DNA of 64,000 nt from Candidatus Limnocylindrales bacterium (GCA_035626395.1 DASPNR010000002.1:469019-533018); one strand, 5' to 3'; shown: positions 1 to 9,216, counted from the stretch's first letter. Program-made: numbers and translations. Notes: a model not told the origin generated them from the letters alone.

Positions 1-276
1 AAGGCCGCAGCCAAAAAGGAAGCCAAGCTGGCGGCCAAGACCGCGCTCAAGGCGGAGCGGCAGGCTCAGCGCGAAGCCGAGAAGAAGGTCCGCGCCGAGG
101 CGAAGGCGCGCAAGAAGGCCGAGCGGGCCGCCGTCGGAAAGAAGCCGCGCCAGGGCAAGACCGGCGGCGCCAAGGATGCGCGCTCCGACAAGCCGCGCCC
201 GGCCAGGCCGCGCGCGGACAAGGCGACGGACGGACGAGATGGCGGCTCGATCCGCGACGCGGGAGGCGATGCGTGA
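1..276 (+). CDS. Partial CDS (C-terminal end), Lys/Ala-rich tail. Its TGA stop overlaps the GTG start of the next gene as GTGA. Possibly the upstream T2SS component (gspL-like), but not recognisable from this fragment.
   Basis: Frame +1 is open from nt 1 to the TGA at 274-276. It translates KAAAKKEAKLAAK...RDAGGDA*. The start/stop overlap with the downstream gspM-like gene suggests translational coupling. Confidence 0.35.
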   Translation, partial: KAAAKKEAKLAAKTALKAERQAQREAEKKVRAEAKARKKAERAAVGKKPRQGKTGGAKDARSDKPRPARPRADKATDGRDGGSIRDAGGDA

Positions 277-827
277 AGCAGTTCCTGCATCAGATCGAGC
301 TGGCGCTTTCGCGGCTGAGCCCGCGCGAGCAGCGGCTGGTCGCCATCTTCGGCGGCCTGCTCGCCGTCGTGGTGGTCTGGTCGTTCCTGCTCGCACCGGT
401 GCTGGCGGGACGCCAGCAGCTTGCCGAAGAGATCGTCACGCTCAGCGAGGACCTCGCCGACCTCGAGAAGCTCAGCCGGCAGATACGCGCGGCGCAGGCC
501 GGCGGCGCCGCCAAGGCGCGGCCGACCGAAAGTGACGCAGGCTTCTCTCTGCTGGCGTTCGTCGACAAGGCAGCGCGCGCATCGCTTCGAGCCGAGTCGA
601 TCGCCGCGATGAGCCCCGGACAGCGTGCGCTCGATCAGGGCCGGCAGGAAAGCATGGTGGAGCTTCGGCTGTCGGCCGTCACGCTGCCGGAGATCGTCGA
701 GCTGCTGCGCAGCATCGAGGACGACGACAGCGCCGTCTACGTCAAGCAGTTCCACATGAAGAAGCGCTACGAGGATCCTTCGCAGTTCGACGTCACGCTG
801 GTAACGGCCACCGTCACGCGCATCTGA
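273..827 (+). CDS. gspM: Type II secretion system protein M-like (GspM/EpsM family): short cytoplasmic N-terminus, single TM, periplasmic domain.
   Basis: 184 aa. The N-terminal motif LSPREQRLV followed by a TM segment (IFGGLLAVVVVWSFLLAPVL) resembles the EpsM/GspM signature TPREQKMV plus TM. It is followed directly by a GspN-like gene. Confidence 0.5.
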   Translation: MKQFLHQIELALSRLSPREQRLVAIFGGLLAVVVVWSFLLAPVLAGRQQLAEEIVTLSEDLADLEKLSRQIRAAQAGGAAKARPTESDAGFSLLAFVDKAARASLRAESIAAMSPGQRALDQGRQESMVELRLSAVTLPEIVELLRSIEDDDSAVYVKQFHMKKRYEDPSQFDVTLVTATVTRI

Positions 828-839
828 TCCGTCCGGCCG

Positions 840-1658
840 ATGCGCATTCTGGCCTTCCTGATCCTGTTCCTGATCTTCGTCGCCGTGACCGCGCCGCTCG
901 AAAAGCTCATCACGCCCTACCTCAGCTCGCTGGCCGCAGCCGGCGTCGACGTGCGCATCGGGAGCGCACGGCTGGCGCTTCCCGCCGGCCTGCGCGTGAG
1001 CGACGTGCGGGCCAGCAGCGAGGACTTCGACTTCGATGTCGGGCTGGACTCTGTCTATGTCGGCATCAACCGCAGTTTCGACATCGACGCCTGCGGCGGC
1101 ACCGTTCGCGGCCGCCTTCAGGGTGACCGCCTGGAGATGTCGATGCGCGGCTTCGACCCGTCACGGTGCCTGCGCATCGGACAGGTGACGCTGGAAAGCC
1201 CCATCGACGGCACCGTCGAGCTCCAGGGCCTGTCCGTCTTCGACCTGCGGCTGCGGCCCGACAGCCGCGCCAGCATCGACCTGCGCTCGGCCGGCGGGAT
1301 CTTCGGCGGGCATCTGCCGTTCATCGGACCGCAGGGACCGACGCTGGTGCCCGTCGGCGACTGGGAGTTCGGCGACGTCGTCATGCGCGGACGGTTCGAG
1401 GGCGGCAGATTGCTGGTCGAGGAAGGCCATGCGCTGACGAGCGGCGTGCAGTGGGAGCTGACGGGCGCCACGCTCAAGCCGGCCGATGGCGATACGGAGG
1501 AGCTGCGCATCGATTTTCGCGCACGCATGGTCGAGGAGTCGCCGCGTGCGAACATGCTGATGGGCCTGTTGCCCAAGGCCACGGCGGACGCCGACGGATG
1601 GCGTCGCTACCGGCTGGTCACGACGGCAGGCGGACCCAAGCTCATCGGTCTGCAGTAG
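840..1658 (+). CDS. gspN: Type II secretion system protein N-like (GspN family), N-terminal TM anchor.
   Basis: 272 aa with an N-terminal hydrophobic anchor (ILAFLILFLIFVAVTAPL). It sits immediately downstream of the gspM-like gene. The call rests on size and architecture only, so the family assignment is tentative. Confidence 0.4.
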   Translation: MRILAFLILFLIFVAVTAPLEKLITPYLSSLAAAGVDVRIGSARLALPAGLRVSDVRASSEDFDFDVGLDSVYVGINRSFDIDACGGTVRGRLQGDRLEMSMRGFDPSRCLRIGQVTLESPIDGTVELQGLSVFDLRLRPDSRASIDLRSAGGIFGGHLPFIGPQGPTLVPVGDWEFGDVVMRGRFEGGRLLVEEGHALTSGVQWELTGATLKPADGDTEELRIDFRARMVEESPRANMLMGLLPKATADADGWRRYRLVTTAGGPKLIGLQ

Positions 1659-2026
1659 CGCGCACGTCCGTCGACCGTCGCCATCGGCCGCGCGCCTCCC
1701 TGTTGTCCCCCGGATACACACACGCGCAGTCATGACACGCCGTATGCAACTTTGCGGCTAAAGAAAGCCGTTGCCATCCCGGCAACCTCGCCCCCACTCA
1801 AGACGAGCGTGCTCGCGATGTGGCCGCTGCACTACGACCGGCCGCGCACAGCCGCTGAGCGTCTCTGACTGCCCAACAACTTTCGCCTGTCGAGTTGCGA
1901 CCGCAGCAGTACGTGGCGGCGGTCGTTGCCCACATCGCGGATCGTACCCGTTGACGGTGACACCACGGCAGACTAGCGCGGGACCTCGACAGGGCTTGTC
2001 ATGCCGCGAGCCCGGAGGGTCTCGTC

Positions 2027-3142
2027 ATGATGGATCGTTTTCCGTGGGCGCGCTCGGCGTGGCGCGATGCGGCTGTGGTGGTCGTGCTGCTCGCTTCTGC
2101 TTCGCCTGTTTCGGCCAGCTGTCCCGAGTTCCGGCGTTTGGCCGAAGCGGCGCTTCCGTCGCAGGTCGGCAACCGTCTGGCTCTCGCCAAGCTGCTCAAC
2201 CCGCCCGTCCATCCGCAGCTGCCGGACTTTCTGGCAGAACCGGCCAACATGCGGCGCACGCTGATCGGCCTTCGCACCGTCGGCCTGAAGCCCGACCGCA
2301 AGAGCTGCGGCCTGAGCAAGGGCAGCCGTCGCTCGGCATCCGCGTCCACCGAGTGCCTGCTGCGCAGCGCCAGGACCGGGGACTCCGGCCGCATCCGTGT
2401 CGCCGAGGGCGAGATCGCGGTCGCCGGCTCGCCGCCGGTGCATGTGGCTTTGCACGGCATCGTCAGCCTCACCAGCGATGCCGCGGTGATCAACACGGCG
2501 CGCGCCGCCGCTCGTTCCTGGGGCGTGCCGGTGGAGGAGATCCAGCGAAGCGATCAGGGGCTGATCGTGCAGCGCCATACCACCGTCTCCGCCCAGCCAT
2601 CCGCTCATGCCGTGCAGGCGCGGGATTCCCCGGTCCGTAGCGTCGCACCGCTCGTCGAGCTGCAGCCGGGGCAGGTTCGTGTGCTCGCCGGCCGGCAGGT
2701 AGCCGGCGTGCCCGTGCTCGGATCGGGGCTGGAGGCCGTGCTGGACGGCGAAGGCCGAATCGTTCGCACCAACATTCGCTGGCCGCGCTTCTGCATCGAC
2801 CCTCAGCTCGTGACCAGGCTGGACGAGAAGCTGGCTGCGCGCCAGCAGGTGATCCAGAAAGTCGTCGACTCGCTGACGGAGAAGAACGCATGCGGCTCGC
2901 TCAGCCGCCTCGGCGCCAGCATTCTCTACGTGCGGTCGGCCTCCGGGCGCTGCTATGTGCCGGCGCTCGCCCTTCATCCCGTGCAGAAGGACGGCGTCAA
3001 CGCCGCCCTGGAAGGCGAGCCGCAGTATCTGATTCCGCTGCTGCGCGAGGATCCGCCAAACGGTCAGGAGAATATCGCGCAGCCGCGCAAGGAAGAACCG
3101 ATGCTGGCGAGCGGCACTACACAGCAGCAGCCGATCAAGTGA
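2027..3142 (+). CDS. Secreted protein of unknown function, paralog A (371 aa) with a Sec signal peptide and six conserved Cys. Paralogous to the CDS at 4471-5595.
   Basis: The signal peptide (AAVVVVLLASASPVSA|SC) is followed by blocks shared with the paralog: SCxxFRxLAEAAxPSxVG, LLNPP, PQLPDFLAxPxNMRR, IRWPRFC, EEVIQKVV, NxCGxLSxL, YVRxS and CYxPALxLH. No known family recognised. Confidence 0.6.
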   Translation: MMDRFPWARSAWRDAAVVVVLLASASPVSASCPEFRRLAEAALPSQVGNRLALAKLLNPPVHPQLPDFLAEPANMRRTLIGLRTVGLKPDRKSCGLSKGSRRSASASTECLLRSARTGDSGRIRVAEGEIAVAGSPPVHVALHGIVSLTSDAAVINTARAAARSWGVPVEEIQRSDQGLIVQRHTTVSAQPSAHAVQARDSPVRSVAPLVELQPGQVRVLAGRQVAGVPVLGSGLEAVLDGEGRIVRTNIRWPRFCIDPQLVTRLDEKLAARQQVIQKVVDSLTEKNACGSLSRLGASILYVRSASGRCYVPALALHPVQKDGVNAALEGEPQYLIPLLREDPPNGQENIAQPRKEEPMLASGTTQQQPIK

Positions 3143-3534
3143 TGAAGAGGATCGCGGCGGATGACCGCACGACGACTCGCGCCGAACGATGCCTGGCGAC
3201 GATGCTCTCCCCCGTCGAGAAAACGGGATCCGCGCGACCGGCACCGCGCGACGGCAGGCACGCACCGACCGTCATCGCATCGGCCGCTCTCGCCCCCACG
3301 CAAGAAGTCGAGTCGTCGTTCCGAGCCGCCTTCGGCTGTTCTTGCGCGGCGCGCCGGCGACGGCGGCGGCTGAAGCCTGCTGAAGTTTCGCTTCGGCCCG
3401 CCCGGCTGTTCCTGCTCCGTTTCGCGATGTCACGTCACGGGATGATTGACGGCAACAGCGCAGCGCAGTAGCCGCGAGCACTGGAGGGGCGCGCATTTTC
3501 GGCGGGCCCGGTGGGTTTCAAGGAGGGTTTGTCC

Positions 3535-4458
3535 ATGACGATCCTGCATCAGTGCGTGCCACGCACGGCGTGGCACGTCCTTCTCGCCATCGCTTCTGTC
3601 TTCGCTTCCGCTTCCCCCGCTCTCGCAAATCATCTCGAAGCGAAGATGTACGGCGTCGACAACTGGGACCTCGACTGTTCGGGCAACAGCCTGAACTGGA
3701 GCGCACAGGTCGACCGCTGGTACAACGAGATGGACGATCACGGCTGGTACACTCGCGACGGTCGCTTCGTCGACACCGGCATGGACCGCAGCCCCTTCTG
3801 CGATCCGGACAGCGGCGCCTCGCCGTGCGTCGACCACAACCGCATGGACGACGGCGACGCCGTGATGGTTTTCTATCACGGCGGTGACAGCGGCAATCAC
3901 TGGCGCGCGCTCGTGCGCAGCGACGGCGGCGCCGCCGTCAACGACTGCTACATCGACTCGCCCGAATCCTCGACGGAAGGCGGCAACGGTGCCGAGCTGT
4001 TCGCCGGCGACATGGACATGGAGTTCCTGCACCTCTCCTCGTGCCAGAGCCTCGACGACGACAACCTCAACCACGCCTGGCGCATGATGCGCGATCCGAT
4101 CGATTCCCCCGCCAGCGGACAGCGCCTGCATCAAGTCGGCGGCTTCCACGGCTGCATGTGGATCGGTTCGAGCTGGCGCGACGACTACGAGGATTTCGCG
4201 GACGATGCCTTCTCGACCTCGATCAAAAACGCATGGCTCGACAACCACTACCGCAACAACGTCGGCGAGGACGACGAGGAGCAATGCCCCGTCGCCATGG
4301 CCATCGGCACCAGTGAGGCCGACTGCTTCAACCGCATAGACAACGAGCGTTACAACAACATCTTCGGCGACCCCGCCGGCAATAACTACTACTGCTACTA
4401 CTTCTTCGACGGCTGTAACCCCGCCTGCGAAGATGCGTTCAACGATCCCAACGACTGA
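3535..4458 (+). CDS. Secreted acidic Cys/Trp/Asp-rich protein of unknown function, about 307 aa if the start is the Met of MTILHQ.
   Basis: ORF 3511-4458. The N-terminal signal is WHVLLAIASVFASASPALA|NH. The mature protein has about 11 Cys, many Asp/Glu and many Trp. It contains a hydrophobic strand plus HG motif (VMVFYHGGDSGNHW) and later GFHGC. The C-terminus is YYCYYFFDGCNPACEDAF. It is flanked by the two paralogous secreted proteins. Confidence 0.5.
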   Translation: MTILHQCVPRTAWHVLLAIASVFASASPALANHLEAKMYGVDNWDLDCSGNSLNWSAQVDRWYNEMDDHGWYTRDGRFVDTGMDRSPFCDPDSGASPCVDHNRMDDGDAVMVFYHGGDSGNHWRALVRSDGGAAVNDCYIDSPESSTEGGNGAELFAGDMDMEFLHLSSCQSLDDDNLNHAWRMMRDPIDSPASGQRLHQVGGFHGCMWIGSSWRDDYEDFADDAFSTSIKNAWLDNHYRNNVGEDDEEQCPVAMAIGTSEADCFNRIDNERYNNIFGDPAGNNYYCYYFFDGCNPACEDAFNDPND

Positions 4459-4470
4459 GGGGAGGAAGCC

Positions 4471-5595
4471 ATGAAGACTGTCGTGACCGTCGCGTTTCTC
4501 TTCTCCGTGGCGCTTCTCGGGTCCGCTCCGGCCGCAGCGCAGCAGAGCTGCGAGGACTTCCGCACGCTCGCCGAAGGCGCCGTTCCATCCACCGTCGGCG
4601 ACCGTAGCGTGATGGACCAGCTCCTGAATCCGCCCATCGCCAAGCCACAGCTTCCCGACTTCCTGGCCGACCCGACGAACATGCGACGAGCCCTCAAGCT
4701 GCTCGGCTCCCGCGGCCTGAGAGCCGACCCGAGCGACTGCAGGTTCGCCGGCAAGCTCCGGAAAGGTGCGGTCGGCCAGGATCCTGGACAGGAGATCGAC
4801 TGCACGCTGCGCAGCCGGCGCGCGAATGAGGCCGCGCGTCTGGATCTCGCCCGAGGCAAGGTCACCTATCTGAATTCGGACCGGAACCACGATGGCGCCG
4901 CGGGCATCGAGAACACGACCAGCGACCAGGACGCCGTCGCGCGCACCATGCAGGCCGCGCTGGCTTGGGGTGTTCCCGGCGAGGAGATCCGCCCGCCGGG
5001 CAACGGCCTGCTGGTTCGTCACTTGATGGCGTCCAGTGTGCCGCTGGTCGACGAGCGGCCGATCACGGAGCAGGCCAAGACGCACACGGCGGAGATTCAC
5101 GTGATCACGGGCCGCCACGTCGGCGGAGTACCGGTCTTCGGATCGCTGCTGAAGACGGCGATCGACGTCAACGGGCAGGTCGCGCGCACGCACATCCGAT
5201 GGCCGCGCTTTTGCCTGGTGCCGGGCCTGCAGCAGAACCTCGACGAGACGCTGATGAGCCGCGAGGAGGTCATCCAGAAGGTCGTCGAAACGCTGGGGGC
5301 GCAGAACAAGTGCGGGACGCTGAGCAAGCTGCGCGCGAACATCATGTACGTGCGCACGTCGCAGGAGTCGGAGGCGGAGGTCAACGACTCGCGCGACGAG
5401 TCGAATACGACGCGCGGCGACGACGATCGCGGCGTCGCCGGCGAGGACCCTGCCGACGGCGGCGAGCCCTGCTACATGCCGGCGCTGACGCTGCACGCAT
5501 TTCCAAATGAGCCGGAACCGGACAGCGGACAGATCGGCATGGGGGCGCCGGAGTACGTCGTGCCCTTGATCCGGGCGGATCCGACACGGGGGTAA
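4471..5595 (+). CDS. Secreted protein of unknown function, paralog B (374 aa), with an extra acidic insertion (SQESEAEVNDSRDESNTTRGDDDRGVAGEDPADGGEP).
   Basis: Signal peptide MKTVVTVAFLFSVALLGSAPAAA|QQSC. It is roughly 50% identical to the 2027-3142 product across the full length, with the same six Cys positions. Confidence 0.65.
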   Translation: MKTVVTVAFLFSVALLGSAPAAAQQSCEDFRTLAEGAVPSTVGDRSVMDQLLNPPIAKPQLPDFLADPTNMRRALKLLGSRGLRADPSDCRFAGKLRKGAVGQDPGQEIDCTLRSRRANEAARLDLARGKVTYLNSDRNHDGAAGIENTTSDQDAVARTMQAALAWGVPGEEIRPPGNGLLVRHLMASSVPLVDERPITEQAKTHTAEIHVITGRHVGGVPVFGSLLKTAIDVNGQVARTHIRWPRFCLVPGLQQNLDETLMSREEVIQKVVETLGAQNKCGTLSKLRANIMYVRTSQESEAEVNDSRDESNTTRGDDDRGVAGEDPADGGEPCYMPALTLHAFPNEPEPDSGQIGMGAPEYVVPLIRADPTRG

Positions 5596-5721
5596 TTCAG
5601 GCGGATCCGCCGCCGAGCGCGCCAGGAGCGGCCGAGGAGGAGAGCGGTGCTTCTGGCGCGCGGTCGGCCTGGGGCGGCGCGAATCGGCACGGCCGATGCA
5701 GCCGCGTGCAGCGCACCGCGC

Positions 5722-7011
5722 TCAAACACCGGCGACATTTCCTACGCGCTCGGCAATCGCCCGCACCATCGCCACGTTGTGCGAATGCCCGGTCTTGCGC
5801 GCGTGGATGTGCGCCCGGATCGGCGCGCCCAGCAGATAGAAGTCGCCCAGGATGTCGAGGATCTTGTGGCGGGCCAGCTCCTCGGGAAAGCGCAGCTCGG
5901 TGTTCACGATGCCGGTCTCGCCGATGAGGATGAAGTTGCTGAGCTGACCGCCCTGCCCCAGCCCCGCGCTCTCCAAAGCCCGAATCTCGTCGACGAAGCC
6001 GAATGTTCTGGCGGGCGCGATCTCGCGCTTGAAGTCCTCGACGCTGCGCATCTCGAAGGTGTAGGTCTGATCGCCGATCGGCGCCGGGTAGGACAGCTCG
6101 TAGGTGATGCGAAGGCCGTCGTAAGGCCGCACCGACAGGAACTGCCCCGGCGCCGGATCGATTCGGATCTCTTCGAGCAGCCCGACCGCGGCAATGTGCG
6201 AGTCCTGCTCTTCGATCCCGGCCTGCTCGACCAGCTCGCACAGCTCGACGGCCGAGCCGTCGAGGATCGGCACTTCGCCTTCGATCTTCACCAGCAGGTT
6301 GGTGATGCCGTAAGCATGCAGCGTGGCCATCAGGTGCTCGACCGTGCGCACCGCCAGACCCTTCTTGTACAGGGTGGTCGCGTAGCCGGTGGAATCGACG
6401 TTCCCGACGACGGCTTCGACCTCGCCGCCACCGGAGACGCTGCTGAAGACGATGCCGCTGCCGGGCGGCATCGGATGCAGGATGATGCCGGTGCGCACCC
6501 CGCTGTGCAGGCCCAGACCGGCGCCGACCACCGAGCGCGCCACCGTGCATTCGCGGACTCGCGGCTCCCAGGCCGCGCCGGATCGCGCAAGCGACGCGAC
6601 GGCCTGTGCCGCGCGCGCCGCCTCACGCTTGCGGCCTCGATCCAGCGCGTTGCCGACCGCATCGACGAGCGCCTCGATGCTGAAGGGCTTCTCGATGAAG
6701 TCGGCCGCGCCGAGCTTGGTCGCGCGCACGGCCGTTTCGATGCTCCCGTGTCCCGAGATCACGATCACCGGAAGGCGCGCGTGCTCGTGCTTGAGCTTCT
6801 CGAGCACCTGGATGCCGTCCATGCCCGGAAGCCACACATCCAGCAGCACCAGGTCCGGACACTGCACGCGCGCCGCGGCCAGCGCCTCCAGGCCGTCGCG
6901 CGCATAACGGACGCGGAAGCCCTCGTCCGTCAGCACCGCGCCGATGGTGTCGCGAACGGTGGAGTCGTCGTCGACGACGAGGATGCTGCGATACACCGGC
7001 GCTGCCCTCAT
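5722..7011 (-). CDS. lpxC: Response-regulator receiver domain fused to UDP-3-O-acyl-N-acetylglucosamine deacetylase (REC-LpxC).
   Basis: 429 aa. The N-terminal roughly 120 aa is a complete REC domain: acidic pocket VVDDDS, phospho-acceptor Asp in LVLLDVWLPGMDG, IVISGHG, and the conserved Lys in FIEKPF. After a linker the sequence aligns along its full length to E. coli LpxC (GLGLHSGVRTGIILHP, RTVEHLMATL, ILDGSA, ARTFGFVDEI, HKILDILGD, HARKTGHSHN). The Zn-ligand His/Asp positions are conserved. The ATG start overlaps the stop of the upstream kinase as ATGA. Confidence 0.85.
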   Translation of the reverse strand: MRAAPVYRSILVVDDDSTVRDTIGAVLTDEGFRVRYARDGLEALAAARVQCPDLVLLDVWLPGMDGIQVLEKLKHEHARLPVIVISGHGSIETAVRATKLGAADFIEKPFSIEALVDAVGNALDRGRKREAARAAQAVASLARSGAAWEPRVRECTVARSVVGAGLGLHSGVRTGIILHPMPPGSGIVFSSVSGGGEVEAVVGNVDSTGYATTLYKKGLAVRTVEHLMATLHAYGITNLLVKIEGEVPILDGSAVELCELVEQAGIEEQDSHIAAVGLLEEIRIDPAPGQFLSVRPYDGLRITYELSYPAPIGDQTYTFEMRSVEDFKREIAPARTFGFVDEIRALESAGLGQGGQLSNFILIGETGIVNTELRFPEELARHKILDILGDFYLLGAPIRAHIHARKTGHSHNVAMVRAIAERVGNVAGV

Positions 7012-9203
7012 GCCCGATGCTGGCCGGACGAAGCCGGGAACTCAATCACGAAGCGCGTTCCCTGCGGCTGATTGGGGCGCACGCGCAGGTAGGCGTGATG
7101 GTCGGCGGCCATCGAGGCGACGATCGCCAGGCCGAGGCCGGTGCCTTCGGGCTTGGTGGAGAAATACGGCTCGAAGATGCGCGAGCGCGACGACGCGGGA
7201 ATGCCGGGGCCGGTGTCGCCAACCTCGAGCACGACCCGCGAAAGATCGGCGTCGTGACGCGTGGTGACCTCGATCGCCCGCGGCGAGCCATTGTTCGAGG
7301 AGACCGCCGAGACGGCGTTGTCGAGCAGATTCATCAGCGAACGCTTGACCGCATCGCGATTGATGCGCACCGGCGGCAGGTCCGTGCCGGCGTGGAAGCT
7401 GAGCGAAATGTCGGGGCGCGACTGGCGGTACAGCGGCAGCGTCTCCTCGACCAGCGGGTTGAGGTCCTGCACCGTCTTGTCGGCGCTGGCGGACTGGGCG
7501 AATTGCGAGAACTCGTTGACGAGCTGCTTGAGGCCGTCGACCTCGTTGACGATGGTGGCCACGCACTCCCGCACCAGCTCGGCATCGCCGCCCGGGAGTT
7601 GCGTGCTCAGGCGCCGGCCCAGGCGCTGCGCGCTCAGCTGGATCGGCGTAAGGGGATTCTTGATCTCGTGCGCGACGCGGCGCGCGACCTCGCGCCAGGC
7701 CTCCATGCGCTGGATCTCCTGGATCTGCGAGACGTCCTCGAAGAACAGCACCGAGCCCATCGGCTCGGCGCGGCCGCGGCGCAGGTTGGCGGCGGTCACC
7801 AGCAGCGTGCGCTCCTGATCGAGCAGCTTGACGTTGATGCCGCTGCCCGGGACCAGCCGTCCCAGCTGCACCTCGCGCAGCATCGTGACGACCTCGCCGA
7901 AGCCTGCCTCCTCGAACACCTCCTCGGCGCTGCGTCCGACGCTGCTCTGCTCGCGCAGACCCAGGAGCTGGAGCGCCGCCGGGTTGATCGTGCCGATGCG
8001 GCCGTCGGGGCCGATGGAGACGACGCCGGCGGCGATGTTGGCCAGCACGTTCTCGATGTACAGCCGCCGCTCCTCCAGCGCGTCGCGGCTGCGCTTGAGC
8101 TCGGCGGTCATGGCGTTGAACGATCGCACCAGCGTGGCCACCTCGTCGCCGCCCTCCTCGGGCAGCGCCACGTCCAGGTGCCCGGCCGCGACCTCGCGCG
8201 TCGCTTCGGCCAGATGTCCGATCGGATCGGTGATCCCACGCGCCATGTAGAGGCCGAGCCAGGTGGCCGAGAACACGACGACGAGCGAGGCCAGCAGCAT
8301 CGTCATCAGATAGATGTTCTTGAACGGCTGCTTGTTGAGCTTGAGGCGGCGGAACTCGCGGAAGGAGTCGAGAATCTGCGCGGCCCACGCCCGCGGGCTT
8401 TCGCCGATCACCTTCTCGACGATGACGACGCCGAGCAGGCTCTCGTCGCCGCCGCGAATGGGCGCGGAGCCGCGGATGATGTCCGTCGTTTCCTGGCTGT
8501 CCACGCGCGTGAGCACCTCGCCGCGGCGCGCCGCCGCCAGCATCTCCTCCTCGCCATGCAGCGGATTGACGTTCGCCGATTCGGCCGCGCCAACGACCAC
8601 CATCGGTTTGCCATTGGCATCCAGGACCTCGATGCGCGCCAGCCCATGCACCTGCTGCTCGGCGCTGAGGCGTGCCCGCAGGCCCTCCTTCTTGTTGCGG
8701 TCGATGAGACCGCCCTGCGAGATGTCGCGCGAGAGCGCCCGCGCATGCGCCACCGCATCATCGGCGGCGTCGCGATAGTAGGAGCGCGCCATGCCGTAGG
8801 CGCCGTCGAGAGCTTCTTCGACTTCGGTGCCCAGCCAGTCGTCGATGCCGTTGGCGACGAACTGATACGACATGATCACCATCACGACCGCAGGGAACAG
8901 CGCGATCGTGACGAAGGCCAGCACCATCGAGGTCCGAAGGTGGCTTCCCATGATGCCGCGGCGGCGCTCGAGCAGCAGCCGCAGCACGTTGCGCACCGTC
9001 AGAAAGGCGACCAGCAACAGCAGGACGATGTTGAGATTGACGAGCAGGAACGAGAGGACGTTGCCGGCCGCGCCCCGCGTCTCGGGATTGCCGATCTCCC
9101 AGATCGCGAAGGCGGCCACGGCCACGCCCGCGGCCACCACCGTCCACATCTCGCGGCGGCGGCGGCGCTGCTCGGAAGTTGGCTCGTTGCCGCCGTTGCT
9201 CAT
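7008..9203 (-). CDS. NtrY-like membrane sensor histidine kinase (TM segments, HAMP, PAS, HisKA, HATPase_c).
   Basis: 731 aa. It has N-terminal TM helices, a second TM followed by a HAMP-like region, and a PAS-like segment (NIAAGVVSIGPDGRIGTINPAA). The H-box is HEIKNPLTPI, the N-box is LMNLLDNAV and the G-boxes are DTGPGI and GTGLGLAIV. The stop overlaps the REC-LpxC start. Confidence 0.85.
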   Translation of the reverse strand: MSNGGNEPTSEQRRRRREMWTVVAAGVAVAAFAIWEIGNPETRGAAGNVLSFLLVNLNIVLLLLVAFLTVRNVLRLLLERRRGIMGSHLRTSMVLAFVTIALFPAVVMVIMSYQFVANGIDDWLGTEVEEALDGAYGMARSYYRDAADDAVAHARALSRDISQGGLIDRNKKEGLRARLSAEQQVHGLARIEVLDANGKPMVVVGAAESANVNPLHGEEEMLAAARRGEVLTRVDSQETTDIIRGSAPIRGGDESLLGVVIVEKVIGESPRAWAAQILDSFREFRRLKLNKQPFKNIYLMTMLLASLVVVFSATWLGLYMARGITDPIGHLAEATREVAAGHLDVALPEEGGDEVATLVRSFNAMTAELKRSRDALEERRLYIENVLANIAAGVVSIGPDGRIGTINPAALQLLGLREQSSVGRSAEEVFEEAGFGEVVTMLREVQLGRLVPGSGINVKLLDQERTLLVTAANLRRGRAEPMGSVLFFEDVSQIQEIQRMEAWREVARRVAHEIKNPLTPIQLSAQRLGRRLSTQLPGGDAELVRECVATIVNEVDGLKQLVNEFSQFAQSASADKTVQDLNPLVEETLPLYRQSRPDISLSFHAGTDLPPVRINRDAVKRSLMNLLDNAVSAVSSNNGSPRAIEVTTRHDADLSRVVLEVGDTGPGIPASSRSRIFEPYFSTKPEGTGLGLAIVASMAADHHAYLRVRPNQPQGTRFVIEFPASSGQHRA

Positions 9204-9216
9204 GGCTGCGAACTGG

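Noticed and set aside
1659-2026. 368-bp intergenic region with a GTTGCC...GGCAAC hairpin, considered as a terminator or sRNA
   Set aside because: There is no U-tract and no conserved ncRNA motif recognisable.
1973-3265. 430-aa minus-strand ORF
   Set aside because: It is antisense to secreted paralog A, the sequence is low-complexity, and it has no domain signal.
3430-5496. 688-aa ORF on the minus strand
   Set aside because: It is antisense to two family-conserved plus-strand genes and has Arg/Ala/Val-rich low-complexity composition. This is typical of spurious open frames in roughly 70% GC DNA.
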